Assembly (NCBI RefSeq): GCF_037042905.1
Contig: NC_087246.1
Span: forward strand, 8,868,001 to 8,928,000
DNA length: 60,000 bases
Direction: 5' to 3'
Source: Lytechinus pictus
Lineage: Eukaryota
Positions within the stretch are counted from its first letter, which is position 1, and the number at the start of each line of letters is the position of its first letter. A program made the translations under genes and the position numbers. Shown piece after piece: positions 1 to 12,500 of the stretch. The notes under the pieces were generated by a model that was given only the letters and a program-made list of their open reading frames with translations, was not told the origin of the DNA and did no database searches.

Positions 1-149
1 CAGATGTGTAAAGTTATACATGTACAACAGCATTGGCAACTCTTTTTATTTAAATATTGTAAAGAAATGGATGAAGAGAACAATGGTAGGCGTAGCTTAA
101 ATCAAGGTTCCCCAGAGCTATCTACCCTTTGGAAAAATTGGTGATGCCG

Positions 150-155
150 AAAAAA
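150..155 (-). terminator. RNA polymerase III terminator (T6), repeated in every unit
   Basis: TTTTTT lies immediately after the discriminator base of the tRNA-like gene. Confidence 0.7.
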
Positions 156-227
156 TGTCTCTGCCGGGAATCGAACCCGGGCCCCCAGCTTTGAACGCCG
201 GTGCCTTAACCACTAGACCACAGAGAC
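156..227 (-). tRNA. tRNA-like gene with UCA anticodon (opal-suppressor-type fold, short variable loop); first of 39 copies
   Basis: Minus strand reads GTCTCTG TG GTCT AGTGGTTA AGGC A CCGGC GTTCAAA GCTGG GGGC CCGGG TTCGATT CCCGG CAGAGAC A TTTTTT. This gives a 7-bp perfect acceptor stem, 4-bp D stem, 5-bp anticodon stem, 7-nt loop with U33-UCA-A37 and a perfect T stem. A box TGGTCTAGTGG and B box GGTTCGATTCC are present. Function is unproven. Confidence 0.75.
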
Positions 228-561
228 GGGTAAGTGGCTAGGGCGACCCCGATCCGATTGACCGTCAGATAGACAGATTTTCGATACTACACCAATTATA
301 ATTTCCTTTGTCGGGTGAAGGTGGGTTTTGAACAATGACAAGCCGCCATGCCTCAGCTGGATCAAAGCTATTGCTTTGATACAGTACACGTATGGGAGAA
401 AGTATACAGATGTGTAAAGTTATACATGTACAACAGCATTGGCAACTCTTTTTATTTAAATATTGTAAAGAAATGGATGAAGAGAACAATGGTAGGCGTA
501 GCTTAAATCAAGGTTCCCCAGAGCTATCTACCCTTTGGAAAAATTGGTGATGCCGAAAAAA

Positions 562-3500
562 TGTCTCTGCCGGGAATCGAACCCGGGCCCCCAGCTTTGA
601 ACGCCGGTGCCTTAACCACTAGACCACAGAGACGGGTAAGTGGCTAGGGCGACCCCGATCCGATTGACCGTCAGATAGACAGATTTTCGATACTACACCA
701 ATTATAATTTCCTTTGTCGGGTGAAGGTGGGTTTTGAACAATGACAAGCCGCCATGCCTCAGCTGGATCAAAGCTATTGCTTTGATACAGTACACGTATG
801 GGAGAAAGTATACAGATGTGTAAAGTTATACATGTACAACAGCATTGGCAACTCTTTTTATTTAAATATTGTAAAGAAATGGATGAAGAGAACAATGGTA
901 GGCGTAGCTTAAATCAAGGTTCCCCAGAGCTATCTACCCTTTGGAAAAATTGGTGATGCCGAAAAAATGTCTCTGCCGGGAATCGAACCCGGGCCCCCAG
1001 CTTTGAACGCCGGTGCCTTAACCACTAGACCACAGAGACGGGTAAGTGGCTAGGGCGACCCCGATCCGATTGACCGTCAGATAGACAGATTTTCGATACT
1101 ACACCAATTATAATTTCCTTTGTCGGGTGAAGGTGGGTTTTGAACAATGACAAGCCGCCATGCCTCAGCTGGATCAAAGCTATTGCTTTGATACAGTACA
1201 CGTATGGGAGAAAGTATACAGATGTGTAAAGTTATACATGTACAACAGCATTGGCAACTCTTTTTATTTAAATATTGTAAAGAAATGGATGAAGAGAACA
1301 ATGGTAGGCGTAGCTTAAATCAAGGTTCCCCAGAGCTATCTACCCTTTGGAAAAATTGGTGATGCCGAAAAAATGTCTCTGCCGGGAATCGAACCCGGGC
1401 CCCCAGCTTTGAACGCCGGTGCCTTAACCACTAGACCACAGAGACGGGTAAGTGGCTAGGGCGACCCCGATCCGATTGACCGTCAGATAGACAGATTTTC
1501 GATACTACACCAATTATAATTTCCTTTGTCGGGTGAAGGTGGGTTTTGAACAATGACAAGCCGCCATGCCTCAGCTGGATCAAAGCTATTGCTTTGATAC
1601 AGTACACGTATGGGAGAAAGTATACAGATGTGTAAAGTTATACATGTACAACAGCATTGGCAACTCTTTTTATTTAAATATTGTAAAGAAATGGATGAAG
1701 AGAACAATGGTAGGCGTAGCTTAAATCAAGGTTCCCCAGAGCTATCTACCCTTTGGAAAAATTGGTGATGCCGAAAAAATGTCTCTGCCGGGAATCGAAC
1801 CCGGGCCCCCAGCTTTGAACGCCGGTGCCTTAACCACTAGACCACAGAGACGGGTAAGTGGCTAGGGCGACCCCGATCCGATTGACCGTCAGATAGACAG
1901 ATTTTCGATACTACACCAATTATAATTTCCTTTGTCGGGTGAAGGTGGGTTTTGAACAATGACAAGCCGCCATGCCTGAGCTGGATCAAAGCTATTGCTT
2001 TGATACAGTACACGTATGGGAGAAAGTATACAGATGTGTAAAGTTATACATGTACAACAGCATTGGCAACTCTTTTTATTTAAATATTGTAAAGAAATGG
2101 ATGAAGAGAACAATGGTAGGCGTAGCTTAAATCAAGGTTCCCCAGAGCTATCTACCCTTTGGAAAAATTGGTGATGCCGAAAAAATGTCTCTGCCGGGAA
2201 TCGAACCCGGGCCCCCAGCTTTGAACGCCGGTGCCTTAACCACTAGACCACAGAGACGGGTAAGTGGCTAGGGCGACCCCGATCCGATTGACCGTCAGAT
2301 AGACAGATTTTCGATACTACACCAATTATAATTTCCTTTGTCGGGTGAAGGTGGGTTTTGAACAATGACAAGCCGCCATGCCTCAGCTGGATCAAAGCTA
2401 TTGCTTTGATACAGTACACGTATGGGAGAAAGTACACAGATGTGTAAAGTTATACATGTACAACAGCATTGGCAACTCTTTTTATTTAAATATTGTAAAG
2501 AAATGGATGAAGAGAACAATGGTAGGCGTAGCTTAAATCAAGGTTCCCCAGAGCTATCTACCCTTTGGAAAAATTGGTGATGCCGAAAAAATGTCTCTGC
2601 CGGGAATCGAACCCGGGCCCCCAGCTTTGAACGCCGGTGCCTTAACCACTAGACCACAGAGACGGGTAAGTGGCTAGGGCGACCCCGATCCGATTGACCG
2701 TCAGATAGACAGATTTTCGATACTACACCAATTATAATTTCCTTTGTCGGGTGAAGGTGGGTTTTGAACAATGACAAGCCGCCATGCCTCAGCTGGATCA
2801 AAGCTATTGCTTTGATACAGTACACGTATGGGAGAAAGTATACAGATGTGTAAAGTTATACATGTACAACAGCATTGGCAACTCTTTTTATTTAAATATT
2901 GTAAAGAAATGGATGAAGAGAACAATGGTAGGCGTAGCTTAAATCAAGGTTCCCCAGAGCTATCTACCCTTTGGAAAAATTGGTGATGCCGAAAAAATGT
3001 CTCTGCCGGGAATCGAACCCGGGCCCCCAGCTTTGAACGCCGGTGCCTTAACCACTAGACCACAGAGACGGGTAAGTGGCTAGGGCGACCCCGATCCGAT
3101 TGACCGTCAGATAGACAGATTTTCGATACTACACCAATTATAATTTCCTTTGTCGGGTGAAGGTGGGTTTTGAACAATGACAAGCCGCCATGCCTCAGCT
3201 GGATCAAAGCTATTGCTTTGATACAGTACACGTATGGGAGAAAGTATACAGATGTGTAAAGTTATACATGTACAACAGCATTGGCAACTCTTTTTATTTA
3301 AATATTGTAAAGAAATGGATGAAGAGAACAATGGTAGGCGTAGCTTAAATCAAGGTTCCCCAGAGCTATCTACCCTTTGGAAAAATTGGTGATGCCGAAA
3401 AAATGTCTCTGCCGGGAATCGAACCCGGGCCCCCAGCTTTGAACGCCGGTGCCTTAACCACTAGACCACAGAGACGGGTAAGTGGCTAGGGCGACCCCGA

Positions 3501-6500
3501 TCCGATTGACCGTCAGATAGACAGATTTTCGATACTACACCAATTATAATTTCCTTTGTCGGGTGAAGGTGGGTTTTGAACAATGACAAGCCGCCATGCC
3601 TCAGCTGGATCAAAGCTATTGCTTTGATACAGTACACGTATGGGAGAAAGTATACAGATGTGTAAAGTTATACATGTACAACAGCATTGGCAACTCTTTT
3701 TATTTAAATATTGTAAAGAAATGGATGAAGAGAACAATGGTAGGCGTAGCTTAAATCAAGGTTCCCCAGAGCTATCTACCCTTTGGAAAAATTGGTGATG
3801 CCGAAAAAATGTCTCTGCCGGGAATCGAACCCGGGCCCCCAGCTTTGAACGCCGGTGCCTTAACCACTAGACCACAGAGACGGGTAAGTGGCTAGGGCGA
3901 CCCCGATCCGATTGACCGTCAGATAGACAGATTTTCGATACTACACCAATTATAATTTCCTTTGTCGGGTGAAGGTGGGTTTTGAACAATGACAAGCCGC
4001 CATGCCTCAGCTGGATCAAAGCTATTGCTTTGATACAGTACACGTATGGGAGAAAGTATACAGATGTGTAAAGTTATACATGTACAACAGCATTGGCAAC
4101 TCTTTTTATTTAAATATTGTAAAGAAATGGATGAAGAGAACAATGGTAGGCGTAGCTTAAATCAAGGTTCCCCAGAGCTATCTACCCTTTGGAAAAATTG
4201 GTGATGCCGAAAAAATGTCTCTGCCGGGAATCGAACCCGGGCCCCCAGCTTTGAACGCCGGTGCCTTAACCACTAGACCACAGAGACGGGTAAGTGGCTA
4301 GGGCGACCCCGATCCGATTGACCGTCAGATAGACAGATTTTCGATACTACACCAATTATAATTTCCTTTGTCGGGTGAAGGTGGGTTTTGAACAATGACA
4401 AGCCGCCATGCCTGAGCTGGATCAAAGCTATTGCTTTGATACAGTACACGTATGGGAGAAAGTATACAGATGTGTAAAGTTATACATGTACAACAGCATT
4501 GGCAACTCTTTTTATTTAAATATTGTAAAGAAATGGATGAAGAGAACAATGGTAGGCGTAGCTTAAATCAAGGTTCCCCAGAGCTATCTACCCTTTGGAA
4601 AAATTGGTGATGCCGAAAAAATGTCTCTGCCGGGAATCGAACCCGGGCCCCCAGCTTTGAACGCCGGTGCCTTAACCACTAGACCACAGAGACGGGTAAG
4701 TGGCTAGGGCGACCCCGATCCGATTGACCGTCAGATAGACAGATTTTCGATACTACACCAATTATAATTTCCTTTGTCGGGTGAAGGTGGGTTTTGAACA
4801 ATGACAAGCCGCCATGCCTCAGCTGGATCAAAGCTATTGCTTTGATACAGTACACGTATGGGAGAAAGTATACAGATGTGTAAAGTTATACATGTACAAC
4901 AGCATTGGCAACTCTTTTTATTTAAATATTGTAAAGAAATGGATGAAGAGAACAATGGTAGGCGTAGCTTAAATCAAGGTTCCCCAGAGCTATCTACCCT
5001 TTGGAAAAATTGGTGATGCCGAAAAAATGTCTCTGCCGGGAATCGAACCCGGGCCCCCAGCTTTGAACGCCGGTGCCTTAACCACTAGACCACAGAGACG
5101 GGTAAGTGGCTAGGGCGACCCCGATCCGATTGACCGTCAGATAGACAGATTTTCGATACTACACCAATTATAATTTCCTTTGTCGGGTGAAGGTGGGTTT
5201 TGAACAATGACAAGCCGCCATGCCTGAGCTGGATCAAAGCTATTGCTTTGATACAGTACACGTATGGGAGAAAGTATACAGATGTGTAAAGTTATACATG
5301 TACAACAGCATTGGCAACTCTTTTTATTTAAATATTGTAAAGAAATGGATGAAGAGAACAATGGTAGGCGTAGCTTAAATCAAGGTTCCCCAGAGCTATC
5401 TACCCTTTGGAAAAATTGGTGATGCCGAAAAAATGTCTCTGCCGGGAATCGAACCCGGGCCCCCAGCTTTGAACGCCGGTGCCTTAACCACTAGACCACA
5501 GAGACGGGTAAGTGGCTAGGGCGACCCCGATCCGATTGACCGTCAGATAGACAGATTTTCGATACTACACCAATTATAATTTCCTTTGTCGGGTGAAGGT
5601 GGGTTTTGAACAATGACAAGCCGCCATGCCTGAGCTGGATCAAAGCTATTGCTTTGATACAGTACACGTATGGGAGAAAGTATACAGATGTGTAAAGTTA
5701 TACATGTACAACAGCATTGGCAACTCTTTTTATTTAAATATTGTAAAGAAATGGATGAAGAGAACAATGGTAGGCGTAGCTTAAATCAAGGTTCCCCAGA
5801 GCTATCTACCCTTTGGAAAAATTGGTGATGCCGAAAAAATGTCTCTGCCGGGAATCGAACCCGGGCCCCCAGCTTTGAACGCCGGTGCCTTAACCACTAG
5901 ACCACAGAGACGGGTAAGTGGCTAGGGCGACCCCGATCCGATTGACCGTCAGATAGACAGATTTTCGATACTACACCAATTATAATTTCCTTTGTCGGGT
6001 GAAGGTGGGTTTTGAACAATGACAAGCCGCCATGCCTCAGCTGGATCAAAGCTATTGCTTTGATACAGTACACGTATGGGAGAAAGTATACAGATGTGTA
6101 AAGTTATACATGTACAACAGCATTGGCAACTCTTTTTATTTAAATATTGTAAAGAAATGGATGAAGAGAACAATGGTAGGCGTAGCTTAAATCAAGGTTC
6201 CCCAGAGCTATCTACCCTTTGGAAAAATTGGTGATGCCGAAAAAATGTCTCTGCCGGGAATCGAACCCGGGCCCCCAGCTTTGAACGCCGGTGCCTTAAC
6301 CACTAGACCACAGAGACGGGTAAGTGGCTAGGGCGACCCCGATCCGATTGACCGTCAGATAGACAGATTTTCGATACTACACCAATTATAATTTCCTTTG
6401 TCGGGTGAAGGTGGGTTTTGAACAATGACAAGCCGCCATGCCTCAGCTGGATCAAAGCTATTGCTTTGATACAGTACACGTATGGGAGAAAGTATACAGA

Positions 6501-9500
6501 TGTGTAAAGTTATACATGTACAACAGCATTGGCAACTCTTTTTATTTAAATATTGTAAAGAAATGGATGAAGAGAACAATGGTAGGCGTAGCTTAAATCA
6601 AGGTTCCCCAGAGCTATCTACCCTTTGGAAAAATTGGTGATGCCGAAAAAATGTCTCTGCCGGGAATCGAACCCGGGCCCCCAGCTTTGAACGCCGGTGC
6701 CTTAACCACTAGACCACAGAGACGGGTAAGTGGCTAGGGCGACCCCGATCCGATTGACCGTCAGATAGACAGATTTTCGATACTACACCAATTATAATTT
6801 CCTTTGTCGGGTGAAGGTGGGTTTTGAACAATGACAAGCCGCCATGCCTCAGCTGGATCAAAGCTATTGCTTTGATACAGTACACGTATGGGAGAAAGTA
6901 TACAGATGTGTAAAGTTATACATGTACAACAGCATTGGCAACTCTTTTTATTTAAATATTGTAAAGAAATGGATGAAGAGAACAATGGTAGGCGTAGCTT
7001 AAATCAAGGTTCCCCAGAGCTATCTACCCTTTGGAAAAATTGGTGATGCCGAAAAAATGTCTCTGCCGGGAATCGAACCCGGGCCCCCAGCTTTGAACGC
7101 CGGTGCCTTAACCACTAGACCACAGAGACGGGTAAGTGGCTAGGGCGACCCCGATCCGATTGACCGTCAGATAGACAGATTTTCGATACTACACCAATTA
7201 TAATTTCCTTTGTCGGGTGAAGGTGGGTTTTGAACAATGACAAGCCGCCATGCCTCAGCTGGATCAAAGCTATTGCTTTGATACAGTACACGTATGGGAG
7301 AAAGTATACAGATGTGTAAAGTTATACATGTACAACAGCATTGGCAACTCTTTTTATTTAAATATTGTAAAGAAATGGATGAAGAGAACAATGGTAGGCG
7401 TAGCTTAAATCAAGGTTCCCCAGAGCTATCTACCCTTTGGAAAAATTGGTGATGCCGAAAAAATGTCTCTGCCGGGAATCGAACCCGGGCCCCCAGCTTT
7501 GAACGCCGGTGCCTTAACCACTAGACCACAGAGACGGGTAAGTGGCTAGGGCGACCCCGATCCGATTGACCGTCAGATAGACAGATTTTCGATACTACAC
7601 CAATTATAATTTCCTTTGTCGGGTGAAGGTGGGTTTTGAACAATGACAAGCCGCCATGCCTCAGCTGGATCAAAGCTATTGCTTTGATACAGTACACGTA
7701 TGGGAGAAAGTATACAGATGTGTAAAGTTATACATGTACAACAGCATTGGCAACTCTTTTTATTTAAATATTGTAAAGAAATGGATGAAGAGAACAATGG
7801 TAGGCGTAGCTTAAATCAAGGTTCCCCAGAGCTATCTACCCTTTGGAAAAATTGGTGATGCCGAAAAAATGTCTCTGCCGGGAATCGAACCCGGGCCCCC
7901 AGCTTTGAACGCCGGTGCCTTAACCACTAGACCACAGAGACGGGTAAGTGGCTAGGGCGACCCCGATCCGATTGACCGTCAGATAGACAGATTTTCGATA
8001 CTACACCAATTATAATTTCCTTTGTCGGGTGAAGGTGGGTTTTGAACAATGACAAGCCGCCATGCCTCAGCTGGATCAAAGCTATTGCTTTGATACAGTA
8101 CACGTATGGGAGAAAGTATACAGATGTGTAAAGTTATACATGTACAACAGCATTGGCAACTCTTTTTATTTAAATATTGTAAAGAAATGGATGAAGAGAA
8201 CAATGGTAGGCGTAGCTTAAATCAAGGTTCCCCAGAGCTATCTACCCTTTGGAAAAATTGGTGATGCCGAAAAAATGTCTCTGCCGGGAATCGAACCCGG
8301 GCCCCCAGCTTTGAACGCCGGTGCCTTAACCACTAGACCACAGAGACGGGTAAGTGGCTAGGGCGACCCCGATCCGATTGACCGTCAGATAGACAGATTT
8401 TCGATACTACACCAATTATAATTTCCTTTGTCGGGTGAAGGTGGGTTTTGAACAATGACAAGCCGCCATGCCTCAGCTGGATCAAAGCTATTGCTTTGAT
8501 ACAGTACACGTATGGGAGAAAGTACACAGATGTGTAAAGTTATACATGTACAACAGCATTGGCAACTCTTTTTATTTAAATATTGTAAAGAAATGGATGA
8601 AGAGAACAATGGTAGGCGTAGCTTAAATCAAGGTTCCCCAGAGCTATCTACCCTTTGGAAAAATTGGTGATGCCGAAAAAATGTCTCTGCCGGGAATCGA
8701 ACCCGGGCCCCCAGCTTTGAACGCCGGTGCCTTAACCACTAGACCACAGAGACGGGTAAGTGGCTAGGGCGACCCCGATCCGATTGACCGTCAGATAGAC
8801 AGATTTTCGATACTACACCAATTATAATTTCCTTTGTCGGGTGAAGGTGGGTTTTGAACAATGACAAGCCGCCATGCCTCAGCTGGATCAAAGCTATTGC
8901 TTTGATACAGTACACGTATGGGAGAAAGTATACAGATGTGTAAAGTTATACATGTACAACAGCATTGGCAACTCTTTTTATTTAAATATTGTAAAGAAAT
9001 GGATGAAGAGAACAATGGTAGGCGTAGCTTAAATCAAGGTTCCCCAGAGCTATCTACCCTTTGGAAAAATTGGTGATGCCGAAAAAATGTCTCTGCCGGG
9101 AATCGAACCCGGGCCCCCAGCTTTGAACGCCGGTGCCTTAACCACTAGACCACAGAGACGGGTAAGTGGCTAGGGCGACCCCGATCCGATTGACCGTCAG
9201 ATAGACAGATTTTCGATACTACACCAATTATAATTTCCTTTGTCGGGTGAAGGTGGGTTTTGAACAATGACAAGCCGCCATGCCTCAGCTGGATCAAAGC
9301 TATTGCTTTGATACAGTACACGTATGGGAGAAAGTATACAGATGTGTAAAGTTATACATGTACAACAGCATTGGCAACTCTTTTTATTTAAATATTGTAA
9401 AGAAATGGATGAAGAGAACAATGGTAGGCGTAGCTTAAATCAAGGTTCCCCAGAGCTATCTACCCTTTGGAAAAATTGGTGATGCCGAAAAAATGTCTCT

Positions 9501-12500
9501 GCCGGGAATCGAACCCGGGCCCCCAGCTTTGAACGCCGGTGCCTTAACCACTAGACCACAGAGACGGGTAAGTGGCTAGGGCGACCCCGATCCGATTGAC
9601 CGTCAGATAGACAGATTTTCGATACTACACCAATTATAATTTCCTTTGTCGGGTGAAGGTGGGTTTTGAACAATGACAAGCCGCCATGCCTCAGCTGGAT
9701 CAAAGCTATTGCTTTGATACAGTACACGTATGGGAGAAAGTATACAGATGTGTAAAGTTATACATGTACAACAGCATTGGCAACTCTTTTTATTTAAATA
9801 TTGTAAAGAAATGGATGAAGAGAACAATGGTAGGCGTAGCTTAAATCAAGGTTCCCCAGAGCTATCTACCCTTTGGAAAAATTGGTGATGCCGAAAAAAT
9901 GTCTCTGCCGGGAATCGAACCCGGGCCCCCAGCTTTGAACGCCGGTGCCTTAACCACTAGACCACAGAGACGGGTAAGTGGCTAGGGCGACCCCGATCCG
10001 ATTGACCGTCAGATAGACAGATTTTCGATACTACACCAATTATAATTTCCTTTGTCGGGTGAAGGTGGGTTTTGAACAATGACAAGCCGCCATGCCTCAG
10101 CTGGATCAAAGCTATTGCTTTGATACAGTACACGTATGGGAGAAAGTACACAGATGTGTAAAGTTATACATGTACAACAGCATTGGCAACTCTTTTTATT
10201 TAAATATTGTAAAGAAATGGATGAAGAGAACAATGGTAGGCGTAGCTTAAATCAAGGTTCCCCAGAGCTATCTACCCTTTGGAAAAATTGGTGATGCCGA
10301 AAAAATGTCTCTGCCGGGAATCGAACCCGGGCCCCCAGCTTTGAACGCCGGTGCCTTAACCACTAGACCACAGAGACGGGTAAGTGGCTAGGGCGACCCC
10401 GATCCGATTGACCGTCAGATAGACAGATTTTCGATACTACACCAATTATAATTTCCTTTGTCGGGTGAAGGTGGGTTTTGAACAATGACAAGCCGCCATG
10501 CCTGAGCTGGATCAAAGCTATTGCTTTGATACAGTACACGTATGGGAGAAAGTATACAGATGTGTAAAGTTATACATGTACAACAGCATTGGCAACTCTT
10601 TTTATTTAAATATTGTAAAGAAATGGATGAAGAGAACAATGGTAGGCGTAGCTTAAATCAAGGTTCCCCAGAGCTATCTACCCTTTGGAAAAATTGGTGA
10701 TGCCGAAAAAATGTCTCTGCCGGGAATCGAACCCGGGCCCCCAGCTTTGAACGCCGGTGCCTTAACCACTAGACCACAGAGACGGGTAAGTGGCTAGGGC
10801 GACCCCGATCCGATTGACCGTCAGATAGACAGATTTTCGATACTACACCAATTATAATTTCCTTTGTCGGGTGAAGGTGGGTTTTGAACAATGACAAGCC
10901 GCCATGCCTCAGCTGGATCAAAGCTATTGCTTTGATACAGTACACGTATGGGAGAAAGTATACAGATGTGTAAAGTTATACATGTACAACAGCATTGGCA
11001 ACTCTTTTTATTTAAATATTGTAAAGAAATGGATGAAGAGAACAATGGTAGGCGTAGCTTAAATCAAGGTTCCCCAGAGCTATCTACCCTTTGGAAAAAT
11101 TGGTGATGCCGAAAAAATGTCTCTGCCGGGAATCGAACCCGGGCCCCCAGCTTTGAACGCCGGTGCCTTAACCACTAGACCACAGAGACGGGTAAGTGGC
11201 TAGGGCGACCCCGATCCGATTGACCGTCAGATAGACAGATTTTCGATACTACACCAATTATAATTTCCTTTGTCGGGTGAAGGTGGGTTTTGAACAATGA
11301 CAAGCCGCCATGCCTGAGCTGGATCAAAGCTATTGCTTTGATACAGTACACGTATGGGAGAAAGTATACAGATGTGTAAAGTTATACATGTACAACAGCA
11401 TTGGCAACTCTTTTTATTTAAATATTGTAAAGAAATGGATGAAGAGAACAATGGTAGGCGTAGCTTAAATCAAGGTTCCCCAGAGCTATCTACCCTTTGG
11501 AAAAATTGGTGATGCCGAAAAAATGTCTCTGCCGGGAATCGAACCCGGGCCCCCAGCTTTGAACGCCGGTGCCTTAACCACTAGACCACAGAGACGGGTA
11601 AGTGGCTAGGGCGACCCCGATCCGATTGACCGTCAGATAGACAGATTTTCGATACTACACCAATTATAATTTCCTTTGTCGGGTGAAGGTGGGTTTTGAA
11701 CAATGACAAGCCGCCATGCCTCAGCTGGATCAAAGCTATTGCTTTGATACAGTACACGTATGGGAGAAAGTATACAGATGTGTAAAGTTATACATGTACA
11801 ACAGCATTGGCAACTCTTTTTATTTAAATATTGTAAAGAAATGGATGAAGAGAACAATGGTAGGCGTAGCTTAAATCAAGGTTCCCCAGAGCTATCTACC
11901 CTTTGGAAAAATTGGTGATGCCGAAAAAATGTCTCTGCCGGGAATCGAACCCGGGCCCCCAGCTTTGAACGCCGGTGCCTTAACCACTAGACCACAGAGA
12001 CGGGTAAGTGGCTAGGGCGACCCCGATCCGATTGACCGTCAGATAGACAGATTTTCGATACTACACCAATTATAATTTCCTTTGTCGGGTGAAGGTGGGT
12101 TTTGAACAATGACAAGCCGCCATGCCTGAGCTGGATCAAAGCTATTGCTTTGATACAGTACACGTATGGGAGAAAGTATACAGATGTGTAAAGTTATACA
12201 TGTACAACAGCATTGGCAACTCTTTTTATTTAAATATTGTAAAGAAATGGATGAAGAGAACAATGGTAGGCGTAGCTTAAATCAAGGTTCCCCAGAGCTA
12301 TCTACCCTTTGGAAAAATTGGTGATGCCGAAAAAATGTCTCTGCCGGGAATCGAACCCGGGCCCCCAGCTTTGAACGCCGGTGCCTTAACCACTAGACCA
12401 CAGAGACGGGTAAGTGGCTAGGGCGACCCCGATCCGATTGACCGTCAGATAGACAGATTTTCGATACTACACCAATTATAATTTCCTTTGTCGGGTGAAG

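Noticed and set aside
156..227. Selenocysteine tRNA call
   Set aside because: It is 72 nt with a 4-nt variable loop and a 7-bp acceptor stem, lacking tRNA-Sec architecture.
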